Shown here: positions 1 to 8,124 of the stretch, piece by piece
Layout: the number at the start of each line of letters is the position of its first letter
Position numbering within the stretch: the stretch's first letter is position 1
NCBI GenBank assembly: GCA_035297365.1
Contig: DATGZA010000084.1
Span: 1-13,291, forward strand
Direction: 5' to 3'
DNA from: Nitrososphaeraceae archaeon
Lineage (GTDB): Archaea > Thermoproteota > Nitrososphaeria > Nitrososphaerales > Nitrososphaeraceae
DNA length: 13,291 bases
Notes under the pieces: model-generated
Database searches by the model: none
Told to the model about the DNA's origin: nothing
The model's input: only the letters and a program-made list of their open reading frames with translations
Made by a program: the position numbers and the translations under genes

Positions 1-86
1 AAGACAATAAACGAATCCAATAATTACATACAATAATTCAAAAACTATTATCAAATCCTTATTAGACATGTAATTTTGTTATTTAT

Positions 87-932
87 CTAACGTGCTGGCA
101 GCGAATTTACTTTATCAAATTGGTGTACTACTCTCTTCTCACACTCAGTTCCTTCTGGTGGGCGTAAATCATCACTTGAAACGCAGGCATGGTATCTATC
201 TCCAATTTGTATTTTGCCTATGTCAGTATCTCTGTCAAAAGTAAATATTCTTTTTATTGTACTATCTTTGCTTTTGTCAAGTTCAGCTTGAACATCTTCT
301 ATAACTTCTGATTGTATTTGACCCTTTATCATCACACCAATTTTTAACTTTTGTGTATCCTTTCTATCTGCCAAAGGAGCAAGAATTTCTAGTTTAACTG
401 TATCAGTTTTGTCATTTGTTGTTTTATTTATATTAGCATCATAAACTGCTTTACTGTCGGCGTACACTAGGGAACCAGAACCAAAAAGCCTAGATAGTGT
501 AGGTGTATCTACACCTAGTACATCTCCCTCATCACAATCAAATTTTGTAATGGAATTATATTCTTGTTGTACATCTCCAACTTGATATGCGCATACAAAG
601 AATTCATCTGGTGTATCTGCTGTGACTATCTCATTTTTAACATCTGTTTTTAAATCAACACTAAGAGTTTTCTTGGCCTTATCTATAGAAGAGATTGGAA
701 TATCTTCTTTAACTTCCTCACCGTTTATAAAACCTATAACTCGTATGAATTTTGTTTTTTCTAAATCTACATTTTGTAAATTAATTTTAGCTCTAACTAT
801 TAGTTTATCATTATCATCAACTTTTTGTGCAAAAGATAACTGGCTAACAGATAAAAACAATATGCTACTACTAATAAATGAAATAATAATAATACAAGAT
901 AGAATTATCGTATGATTTTTTCCTAGCTCCAC
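87..932 (-). CDS. Secreted/membrane-anchored hypothetical protein with two tandem Cys-pair beta-rich domains
   Basis: 281-aa ORF with GTG start and hydrophobic N-terminus (IIILSCIIIISFISSSILFLSVSQLSFAQ). Internal duplication: KLIVRA..FINGEEVKEDI..IDKAK..DEFFVC..CDE vs KLEILA..MIKGQIQSEVI..LDKSK..DRYHAC..CEK. TATA box TTTAAATA 22-29 nt upstream. Confidence 0.85.
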   Translation of the reverse strand: MELGKNHTIILSCIIIISFISSSILFLSVSQLSFAQKVDDNDKLIVRAKINLQNVDLEKTKFIRVIGFINGEEVKEDIPISSIDKAKKTLSVDLKTDVKNEIVTADTPDEFFVCAYQVGDVQQEYNSITKFDCDEGDVLGVDTPTLSRLFGSGSLVYADSKAVYDANINKTTNDKTDTVKLEILAPLADRKDTQKLKIGVMIKGQIQSEVIEDVQAELDKSKDSTIKRIFTFDRDTDIGKIQIGDRYHACVSSDDLRPPEGTECEKRVVHQFDKVNSLPAR

Positions 933-953
933 AAATTAAAGATTTGAAAGACC

Positions 954-961
954 TATTTAAA
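954..961 (-). promoter_or_regulatory. Archaeal TATA box (TTTAAATA) for the 87..932 gene
   Basis: Consensus-like TATA box at the spacing expected for a leaderless or short-leader transcript. The AT-rich background lowers certainty. Confidence 0.55.
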
Positions 962-1434
962 TATTTTATATAAATCATCTAGTCTCTGTATTCTGGTTAT
1001 GCACATTATCATTGACATTACCTATTAGTATGATACTGTTGATATACTTATCTTATTCAGAATAATTAATCTCATAATAAGAATTATAATAAACAAATAA
1101 CAAAATTTTTCATTATATCAAAAAATAAATTAAGTTCAAACAATTTGACGTATTATTTAATCTTTCTATATAAAATTGAAAATTACAGTAAACAATAAAA
1201 AAAATCGTTTAAAAATTTGGAAATTCTATTTATTTTTATGGGTTACCGAAAATTATTCTACCTTAATCTTGTCCAAACACGTTGGAGCAAAACTCTTTTT
1301 TGAATCAAATAATTATTGTCAAATTGATGATTCAAAATCTCATCAGTCATTGCAAATACTAATTCAACAGGATAGTTAATGATATTCATTGTTATTTTAT
1401 ATTATTTTTCCATTGATCATAAATATATAGATCT

Positions 1435-1625
1435 AACGGTTGCTAGCTTAATGTATGCTAACATAGTTACATGGATGTTATCTTCATTCTTTTCTCATCG
1501 AATGACCAATCGCCTGAATCTGTTCATATAAGAATGTATCCTTTCAAAAACCCATCTTTTTGCTCTATATTTTGCTATCCCGGCATGATTGTTCATTCTT
1601 AGCCTTGAAATGTTTACTATGTAAG
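1435..1625 (-). mobile_element. Degraded IS5-family transposase fragment (C-terminal DDE region)
   Basis: Minus-strand translation ..AKYRAKRWVFERIHSYMNRFRRLVIR*EKNEDN.. matches the IS5-family signature YxxRWxVERxxSWxxRFRRLxxRWEK. The conserved Trp codon is now TGA at 1495-1497. No terminal inverted repeats recognised; boundaries approximate. Confidence 0.85.
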
Positions 1626-1772
1626 CATTCAAAAAAATCAATCCTCAAGTGAAAACAAAAAGTTATAAGATATTTTTTTGGTTGTTGATACATTATTGGA
1701 ACTCGATGTATTAGGTAAGGTTTCAAAATATTTAGAATATTAGTATAAGTGATTTTATGGAAGAAATTATGC

Positions 1773-1925
1773 TTAATCTTCGAAGAAAGGTCTAAACTGA
1801 ACATCAAAATTGGGAGAGTTATTTGCAAATTGTTTTATTGTAATCATTTTGCATATTTTGTCCTGCAACTCTGAATGTTCGATAAATTTCTTTTTACAAA
1901 TAGGACACATGGATTTATTCTTCAC
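1773..1925 (-). CDS. Small putative zinc-finger protein (CxxC..H..C), not in the ORF track
   Basis: (V)KNKSMCPICKKKFIEHSELQDKICKMITIKQFANNSPNFDVQFRPFFED*. GTG at 1925 or ATG at 1910, TAA at 1773-1775. TATA-like TTTATAAT at 1954-1961 on the minus strand. Confidence 0.65.
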   Translation of the reverse strand: MKNKSMCPICKKKFIEHSELQDKICKMITIKQFANNSPNFDVQFRPFFED

Positions 1926-2319
1926 ACTGGCATCATAGATGATATGGTTAACAATTATAAAAAGACATTCCTACTCTTGCAATGAAAAACTGATAATTTG
2001 AAGTGATTTTATCTTTGGATAGATAAATCCCTGTTGGTATTATGATATTGATGTCATGTCAATTAATAAGGATGTCACCTCTCTACAACCATTTTTTTCA
2101 GTATGACTCAACATGTTTGTAATTAGACTAAAAGTATCACATTATAGTTAATACTGTGTATTTGTTTTTTAATCCAGTGAAAAACATGCCAAAGACATAG
2201 TGATAATGTTGATATTAATTAACACTAAATACATGTAAAATCCTATTTTATGTATTTCCCTTATCTGACCAAAGTCTCAGTAAATATTTATATAACCTTA
2301 TTGATATTTAATATTCTTG

Positions 2320-2650
2320 TTGTGAGACACATCTCAAATATTTATGAGAATACGAAACAAGTATAATGAATTTATAGTTTATCTAATTGTAATTTTTGCA
2401 GATAGGCCAACACCACATTATTCAATGATTACAAGAACATTTCTTAATTTCTAATATTGATATGAGAGTGGAATATTTTCCTGTTGATTCTCCAGGATTT
2501 AATGTACTAGAAGGATGCTGGAAATATCTCAGTATAATATACTTTGTACTTGTTATCCATTGTATGATTTTCTAAAATATATTATTTCTTTTATTTTATA
2601 GATTATCAAAATTTTTATTGCTCGAAAATTGGAAATCTTTAAAAAATAGT
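2320..2650 (+). mobile_element. Degraded IS630-family transposase fragment (DDE_3 C-terminal half)
   Basis: One frame reads IFADRPTPHYS (Asp codon at 2401; cf. DNAxxH). After a frameshift it reads MRVEYFPVDSPGFNVLEGCWK (2462-2524; cf. LPxYSPELNPIExxW). Multiple stops and frameshifts; boundaries approximate. Confidence 0.85.
2631..2645 (+). promoter_or_regulatory. BRE/TATA (GGAAA-TC-TTTAAAAA) for the GYD gene
   Basis: Purine-rich BRE-like run followed by TTTAAAAA 23-30 nt upstream of the ATG at 2668. Confidence 0.55.
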
Positions 2651-2667
2651 TATGTAGATATATTTTG

Positions 2668-2961
2668 ATGTCTAATTATATAATTTTATACAACTGGACG
2701 GATCAAGGAATACGAAACGTGAAAGATGTACCAAAAAGAATTGAGAACTTCAAATCTGAATTGGAAAAGGTGGGTGCAAAATTAATCAATGAATACTTTA
2801 CTTTTGGAGAATATGATGGCATAATAATAGTTGAGGCTCCCGATGACAAGGCAATGATGAAAGTAATGCTGTCAACTGGAAGTCTAGGCAATGTTAGAAC
2901 CAAAACACTGAAAGCATTCACTTATAATGAAGAAAACAGAGAAATATTTGAGAATTTATAA
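2668..2961 (+). CDS. GYD domain-containing protein
   Basis: Typical GYD-family pattern: YIILYNWTDQGIRNVKD..R, YFTFGEYD, EAPDD, GNVRTKTLKAF. ATG at 2668 preferred over TTG at 2665. Confidence 0.92.
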   Translation: MSNYIILYNWTDQGIRNVKDVPKRIENFKSELEKVGAKLINEYFTFGEYDGIIIVEAPDDKAMMKVMLSTGSLGNVRTKTLKAFTYNEENREIFENL

Positions 2962-3427
2962 GATAATATTTTTTTGAATATCACTATTTCTAAAAATGAT
3001 TCAATTTTACATGAAGTATTAAGCTATACGATGACATAGATCATAAACCTACTCAGTGCATAGTCAATTAATTTTGATGGATTTTGTAAATTGAAAGAAG
3101 TGCTTTTTTTCATTAAAAAATTATTCAAAAAATTACTTCTATAGTTATTTATTTTCTGACCAACTCAACTCGAAATTAATATGAAGATAATTTATGATGT
3201 ATTTAATATTAACATTAATTTGATTGTTATTATTACGTATAATCAAGATTGATCCCAACGCTAATTGGTTGTCCAGCAGAATTAAAAATTAAAGGGATTC
3301 TTTTTGTAGAGTAAAATATCAATTACATGTGTATAGAAATGCGACTATAGTAATATAGCAAAAAACAGTTATGAGATTTAATATAAAATTAGCATTAAGT
3401 TAATAAATTTGTTCTCAAATTATAGTT

Positions 3428-3664
3428 ATGCCCATTTTTCTGGATGTGCACAAAATTCCATCCTTGGACAAGGACATACAAGAGCTTATCGATTTACCCA
3501 AGGATGAATTAGGTGTTACCCACATTAACATTTTCTACAACAGGGAAGCAGATCTATGTTACTGTCTGCTGGAAGCACCTAGCAAGGAAGCAGTTGAAAA
3601 ACATCACGCCAAGATTAACGCAAAATGTGATTGGATTAATGAAGTAACAATAGCTAAAAAATAG
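3428..3664 (+). CDS. DUF4242 / SCO4226-like small putative metal (Ni)-binding protein
   Basis: MPIFLDVH..GVTH..CYCLLEAPSKEAVEKHH..CDWINEV matches the DUF4242 pattern. Confidence 0.88.
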   Translation: MPIFLDVHKIPSLDKDIQELIDLPKDELGVTHINIFYNREADLCYCLLEAPSKEAVEKHHAKINAKCDWINEVTIAKK

Positions 3665-3684
3665 ATTAAAATTCATAAGAATTA

Positions 3685-3698
3685 AAAAAAAGAAAAAA
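3685..3698 (-). terminator. Oligo-T terminator-like tract
   Basis: TTTTTTCTTTTTTT on the minus strand directly after the TAA of the 3699..3950 remnant. Confidence 0.5.
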
Positions 3699-3950
3699 TT
3701 ATAGTTTTGGTGCTGGGCGTTCAATTATTCCCAAAAAAAACCAAACATTGTAGTATAGATTCTTGGTGTTCAGAAGAAATTCCCCCATCATCTAGTATTT
3801 CGTCCATTAAATCCACGAACTCCAATACATTCTAAAAAGTTTCAAAGTTGTTCAATCGATTGGAATTTCCTTCATAGCTTGCACTAACATCGGTTAAAAT
3901 ATCTTGGATTTACTCTGGACCTAAGAGTTAAAAATAGTCTTACATGATCC
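3699..3950 (-). pseudogene. Pseudogene fragment: acidic helical C-terminal part of a protein
   Basis: LGPE*IQDILTDVSASYEGNSNRLNNFETF*NVLEFVDLMDEILDDGGISSEHQESILQCLVF[+1 in the T8 run, 3733-3740]LGIIERPAPKL*. In-frame stops at 3910-3912 and 3832-3834. The final TAA (3699-3701) is followed immediately by an oligo-T tract. 5' boundary uncertain. Confidence 0.6.
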
Positions 3951-3966
3951 TAGTGCTTAAGCACTA
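3951..3966. repeat. Perfect 16-bp palindrome TAGTGCTTAAGCACTA
   Basis: The sequence equals its own reverse complement over 16 bp with no spacer. Confidence 0.9.
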
Positions 3967-4425
3967 ACTTTCACCGATTCACTACTCAAAGGGCATGATT
4001 TGACGGGTGCAGATACCTATACAAACCGAAGTATATAGCCCCGAAGATAATGATATAATGTATATATTTATAAAAAAATTTGTATGTATGTATAAAAATA
4101 AGTTTGAATACAATTCATGATACTTCGGCTTTTCTAAAGAATATGGAAATCAAGAGATAATATTCCAATAACATCTTTCATTACTTTTTTCACAAAAATC
4201 GATTATCTATGTATTGCCAGTTGTAACGGCCAATATTACGGGTACAACCCTCCCATATACTGGAATCCTGTAAAGTGTAGTACTGGGAAGTTAAGAGAAA
4301 CAAAAAACATATTTGTCCGTATCTACAGAATAAACAAGTGATATAACACTAATTAATCAAGACAAAGAATTTTTTACTATCTATCTATTGCTGTTAGTAG
4401 CAATATCGCTAGAATAACACATTAA

Positions 4426-4441
4426 ATAAAATAAAAAAAAA
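4426..4441 (-). terminator. Oligo-T terminator-like tract
   Basis: Long T run on the minus strand a few nt after the TAA at 4448-4450. Confidence 0.5.
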
Positions 4442-4447
4442 GGTGTA

Positions 4448-5166
4448 TTATGAAGTGTCAAAACATACACCCGTTGCTTGAATTGACTCATTGCTGAAAC
4501 CTTCCCTGGTTGTGAAAGTAGCAGACCATCCATCTAATGTAGGTGTCGGATTACTTGTTAGAGAATCGAAAAAACCAGCACTGAAACCGATTGGAATAAA
4601 ATTGAATCATCCACTGATCACAAAGTCATCTGTATCACAACTTGCAATAGATATTGTTGGATTAGGAGCCTGAGAGTTTACCACTGGTCCTTCAACTATA
4701 TAGAGACTACCAACTGATAGTCCGCCGTCTGACGTAGGTTGTTGTCTTATTTGTTGATTGCCATTATCGTTGATACAAAAGTTTACTAGATTCTTGTTTA
4801 GATTTAGACCATTGTTGCCAATTCCATTGCCATTCTGTGCATTTGTTCCTTCTCCTGTTCCTTCGTTTGCTGCTGCTAAGACATTATTGTCTTGAGGTAT
4901 TTGGTTAACGTCTACACCATTTACATTTATGTTGCTGTTAATACACTTTATTTTCTGGTTAGTTACATGAGAGTTTTTCGGATGCTTATCATCATAATTG
5001 TATCCGTATCTATTATTGTCGTCTTTGTAATAATTATCTTCCTATCCCTATCTACCCCCATACATTTGTGCTTGTGTATTCGTTATTGTTGATGGGTTTA
5101 TAGCCAACAATCATTCTGCGACTACTATCATCATAGAAGTCAACACCATTTGTTACAATTGCTCAT
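4448..5166 (-). pseudogene. Pseudogene of a secreted two-domain protein (signal peptide, Y/D/N-rich linker, Asn-rich Cys-pair domain, C-terminal AxC..SGGF..W..CFD beta domain)
   Basis: One frame from ATG 5149 to TAA 4448 (234 codons): MVLTSMMIVVAE*LLAINPSTITNTQAQMYGGR*G*EDNYYKDDNNRYGY..QKIKCINSNINVNGVDVNQIPQD..NKNLVNFCINDNGNQQ..LYIVEGP..SIASCDTDDFVISG*FNF..DGWSAT..IQATGVCFDTS*. Internal stops at 5111-5113, 5048-5050, 5042-5044 and 4607-4609. The ATG best spaced from the TATA-like element (5166) is out of frame. Confidence 0.9.
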
Positions 5167-5424
5167 TTTTAGATCGTTGTCTACGATTATAATATATCTA
5201 AGGTTGCGAGGAACATTATCCGACCTTGTAATATTTTAACACTCTAAATTATCAATTTGAAATAATTACAATTCATTTTTAGGTACAATAGGAAATAGAC
5301 AGAGAAGAAGCAACAGCAGAAAATATCGATTTGGTATAGACAGAAATATCGATTATATAACCATGTGATAAAATTATAATTATAACTATATTTTTATACT
5401 TTTATATTTTTATATTTTGGTTTT

Positions 5425-5958
5425 TTATGGAGAATCGCTGTTGAAGTCTCCCTTTACAGTATAAGTATGTTTTACCACATCATAAATTCCATTAGAATCA
5501 TAATACCAAGATTTAGAATCAGAATTTCGCTTGAGAACGTCCGTTCCATTATTACAGAAATAAATCTCACGTTCCTCATCTTTAATTATATTATGAATTA
5601 AGCATCCATCCATACTTTCGCTAAATTTCTCTAGAAATATATTTTGATTAAGACCTTCGTTCGTATCCGTGTTATTGTACATTACATTAAAATCTATAGT
5701 ATGTGCGATCATCATTATCTTGTTATCAGGATTAGGAGGAGTAAATGAACTATTAACAACCTCTATTTTACAGATAACATATGGACATATCTGCATGTAA
5801 CTTTCACCATCTACTTCGAACTTTGTAACAATAGGTATAGTATCTACATCTTTTAATTCAAGTGTATAATCTGAATCTCCTAAAGCAAAATTTACCACCG
5901 TCGGAAATAAAAAAGCGATTGCTGATATCATGGTAACAAATGGAATTTGAATTTTCAC
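5425..5958 (-). CDS. Secreted hypothetical protein with four Cys
   Basis: 177-aa ORF with GTG start, N-terminal hydrophobic segment, CPYVIC plus GCL..FCNN, and a TATA-like TTAATTA 23-29 nt upstream. Confidence 0.8.
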   Translation of the reverse strand: MKIQIPFVTMISAIAFLFPTVVNFALGDSDYTLELKDVDTIPIVTKFEVDGESYMQICPYVICKIEVVNSSFTPPNPDNKIMMIAHTIDFNVMYNNTDTNEGLNQNIFLEKFSESMDGCLIHNIIKDEEREIYFCNNGTDVLKRNSDSKSWYYDSNGIYDVVKHTYTVKGDFNSDSP

Positions 5959-6361
5959 AGTATATTATATTCATAAGAAATAATTAAGAATTTTTCTTTT
6001 TAATCATCTCTTATCTTGTTTTTTCGAAATTTATAGCTTGTCAAATAATGTGTTGTTATCAGATCCAGAAATGTATTGAGGCTATTATAAAAAACGTTAT
6101 AAAATTATCTGCGCTAAATATTTCTAATGATAAACACCCCTATAACGATGAATGTTATATTATACGATGAATTTTGTGACATTCTCAATAAAAAAACATA
6201 TCCAAAGATTTTGAAGAAATGGAAAAGGAATTTAATTTATAAAAGAAAGAAATACGCCTGAACTCCAGGATAAATATAACACCATCTTCGCAAACTTTTC
6301 CAATTGCAAATGATTCTTTATTTTAGAAAGGATTTTTGCATCCAGCATATCATTTAAAACA

Positions 6362-7237
6362 TTGCAAATTTATTTAGGATGTTCAGGATGGAGTTATGCA
6401 GACCCTCCAGAAAAAGGAGGATGGACCAAAGTCTTTTATCCTAGTAGTCAAACAAAAAGACTTTCCTATTATTCTCGTTTCTTTGATACCGTTGAAATGG
6501 ATTCAACATTCTATGAAAAATTTTACAAATACATGACAAAACAAACATTCATCGGATTGGATAATGCAACTCCAGAAAATTTTGAATTTTCAATAAAAGT
6601 GCCTGAAACTGTTACACATATAAAAAGATTGGATGTAAGGAAAGGAGCAATTTCATCCCTTGAAGAATTTCTAGACAAGATCTCACCTCTGAAGATAACA
6701 AATAAGTTGGGCGCCATTCTTGTACAATTACCTCCTAGTCTTACCGTTAGTGATTTTAAAGATACTGAGAATTTTCTTGATAGATTGCCATCAGGATATC
6801 AATACGCATTGGAATTCAGACATCCATCATGGAATACAGAGGGTCCATGGGAAATGCTAAAACATTATGATATTGCAGCAGTAATGACCGATTCACCATT
6901 ATCAGACAAACTTCAATATCTGGCAGAGGTCACGGTCACTTCAAAGAACCACTCATTTATACGATTTCATGGAAGAAGTTCAAGACACAGATACAATTAC
7001 CTTTATTCTAAGGAAGAACTGAAACCATGGATAGGAAAGATAAAAGAGATCACTAGTAAAACCAATACCTTAAGAATTTATTTTAACAATCATTATGGTG
7101 CTAAAGCCGTTATTAATGCATTGGAATTCAAAGACATGTTAGGAATATCACTATCTGATAGACAGAAAAATGCATTGGAATTTGCCAAGAGTTATTATTC
7201 AAGAACCGCTTTGGATGACATTATTAAAGATCAATAA
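6362..7237 (+). CDS. DUF72 (YecE/YunF-like) TIM-barrel protein
   Basis: Hallmark motifs IYLGCSGWSY, YYSRFFDTVEMDSTFY, FSIKVPETVTH, LVQLPPS, ALEFRHPSW, IRFHGR, YLYSKEELKPW, YFNNHYGAKAVINA. Confidence 0.96.
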   Translation: MQIYLGCSGWSYADPPEKGGWTKVFYPSSQTKRLSYYSRFFDTVEMDSTFYEKFYKYMTKQTFIGLDNATPENFEFSIKVPETVTHIKRLDVRKGAISSLEEFLDKISPLKITNKLGAILVQLPPSLTVSDFKDTENFLDRLPSGYQYALEFRHPSWNTEGPWEMLKHYDIAAVMTDSPLSDKLQYLAEVTVTSKNHSFIRFHGRSSRHRYNYLYSKEELKPWIGKIKEITSKTNTLRIYFNNHYGAKAVINALEFKDMLGISLSDRQKNALEFAKSYYSRTALDDIIKDQ

Positions 7238-7318
7238 TAATGTAATAAATTGCATAATTAACAATAATTTAGAAATCATTAAAATTATTTAGAAAAATAA
7301 ATAAACAGTGAAAAGCGG

Positions 7319-7879
7319 TTATAACTTTTTAATACAATTCAAGTAACTCTCGATTACATCTTTGTAGAATTTATGTGAAAGTTCAATTGATTTGATAAAC
7401 GTATCCAAGTTTTTATTTATAATATTGTCTAGCAATTGTAATGACTCTTCTGTCGTATCACTAGAACTAGTATAGAAATTCTTGTTAACGTCAATTGAAG
7501 AATTTATAACTCTTACAGGGATAGAGATACCATCCCAAGATAAATTCAAGATATTTTGTAAAATCTGAAAATATATCAAGCTATAGGTATTTAGCATATC
7601 TTTATGAAGACCTAGATAATCGTTTGTGATCTTCATAGCAACTCTAGCAGTTTGCACTTTATCTTTGGAAATAGTATCCTCTGCTGGTGCTAATGGTATA
7701 TTGCTTTGATTGCTGTCTGGGTCGTAAATTATGGGGTCTGGGAATTTCTTTTTGATTTGTGATTGTTGTTCTTCTTTTGCTTGCTTACTCTTCTTTTCTT
7801 TATTTGGGTATTTTTTAAAACTCTTTTTTGTTTTCTTAGAGATGGATTTTTTCTGATTTAAGGTTTGTTCAGATGACAA
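7319..7879 (-). CDS. Hypothetical helical protein, paralog of 8462..9019, with a Lys-rich N-terminal extension
   Basis: 186-aa ORF with TTG start and TATA-like TTTAAGTA 22-29 nt upstream. The C-terminal ~110 aa align by eye with 8462..9019. Confidence 0.85.
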   Translation of the reverse strand: MSSEQTLNQKKSISKKTKKSFKKYPNKEKKSKQAKEEQQSQIKKKFPDPIIYDPDSNQSNIPLAPAEDTISKDKVQTARVAMKITNDYLGLHKDMLNTYSLIYFQILQNILNLSWDGISIPVRVINSSIDVNKNFYTSSSDTTEESLQLLDNIINKNLDTFIKSIELSHKFYKDVIESYLNCIKKL

Positions 7880-8054
7880 CAGGAAAAATATAGAAGTTCT
7901 TACTTAAAAAAATTGATATCAAAAATATATACTGACTGGTAAAATTAAATTGGCTACAAAATTGGTAAATTTGCAATATGAAAGTACGATTTTACGTTTA
8001 TTTAAAGAAATATTTCCCTCGCCACTAAATACTATTCACTAAACGATATTTATC

Positions 8055-8074
8055 TACTGTACGATTCAACAGTA
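8055..8074. promoter_or_regulatory. Inverted repeat TACTGT-N8-ACAGTA, candidate operator
   Basis: 6-bp perfect arms with an overlapping TGTAC-N9-GTACA dyad, 16 nt upstream of TATTAAATA (8091-8099) in a divergent intergenic region. Confidence 0.45.
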
Positions 8075-8124
8075 CACAATGAAACCAATCTATTAAATAA
8101 TGCGAGATACTACAAGAAGCTCCA

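Noticed and set aside
622-915. 97-aa plus-strand ORF
   Set aside because: Antisense shadow of the 87..932 gene.
1176-1379. 67-aa plus-strand ORF
   Set aside because: TTG start in AT-rich DNA, no recognisable motif; likely spurious.
1565-1828. 87-aa minus-strand ORF
   Set aside because: Overlaps the zinc-finger micro-ORF and the IS5 relic in other frames; no coherent protein features.
2703-2921. 72-aa minus-strand ORF
   Set aside because: Antisense to the GYD gene.
4200-4425. Possible further gene relic (VILAILLLTAI on the minus strand)
   Set aside because: Too fragmentary to assign a frame or family.
4491-5092. Plus-strand ORFs 4491..4673 and 4892..5092
   Set aside because: Antisense shadows of the minus-strand pseudogene. 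The hydrophobic look of the second comes from reversed Asn/Asp/Tyr codons.
4607-5113. Stop-codon reassignment, or Pyl/Sec insertion, to explain the in-frame TAG/TGA
   Set aside because: Intact genes in the window terminate at TAG and TGA, the implied residues differ between stops, and the likely start is frameshifted.
5316-5354. Direct repeat AAATATCGATT x2
   Set aside because: Only two short copies; not a CRISPR array, and no function supportable.
6141-6172. TATAAC-N7-GTTATA dyad and ACGATGAAT x2 between divergent genes
   Set aside because: Short, AT-rich and about 190 nt from either start; compatible with chance.
6523-6717. 64-aa minus-strand ORF
   Set aside because: Antisense to DUF72.
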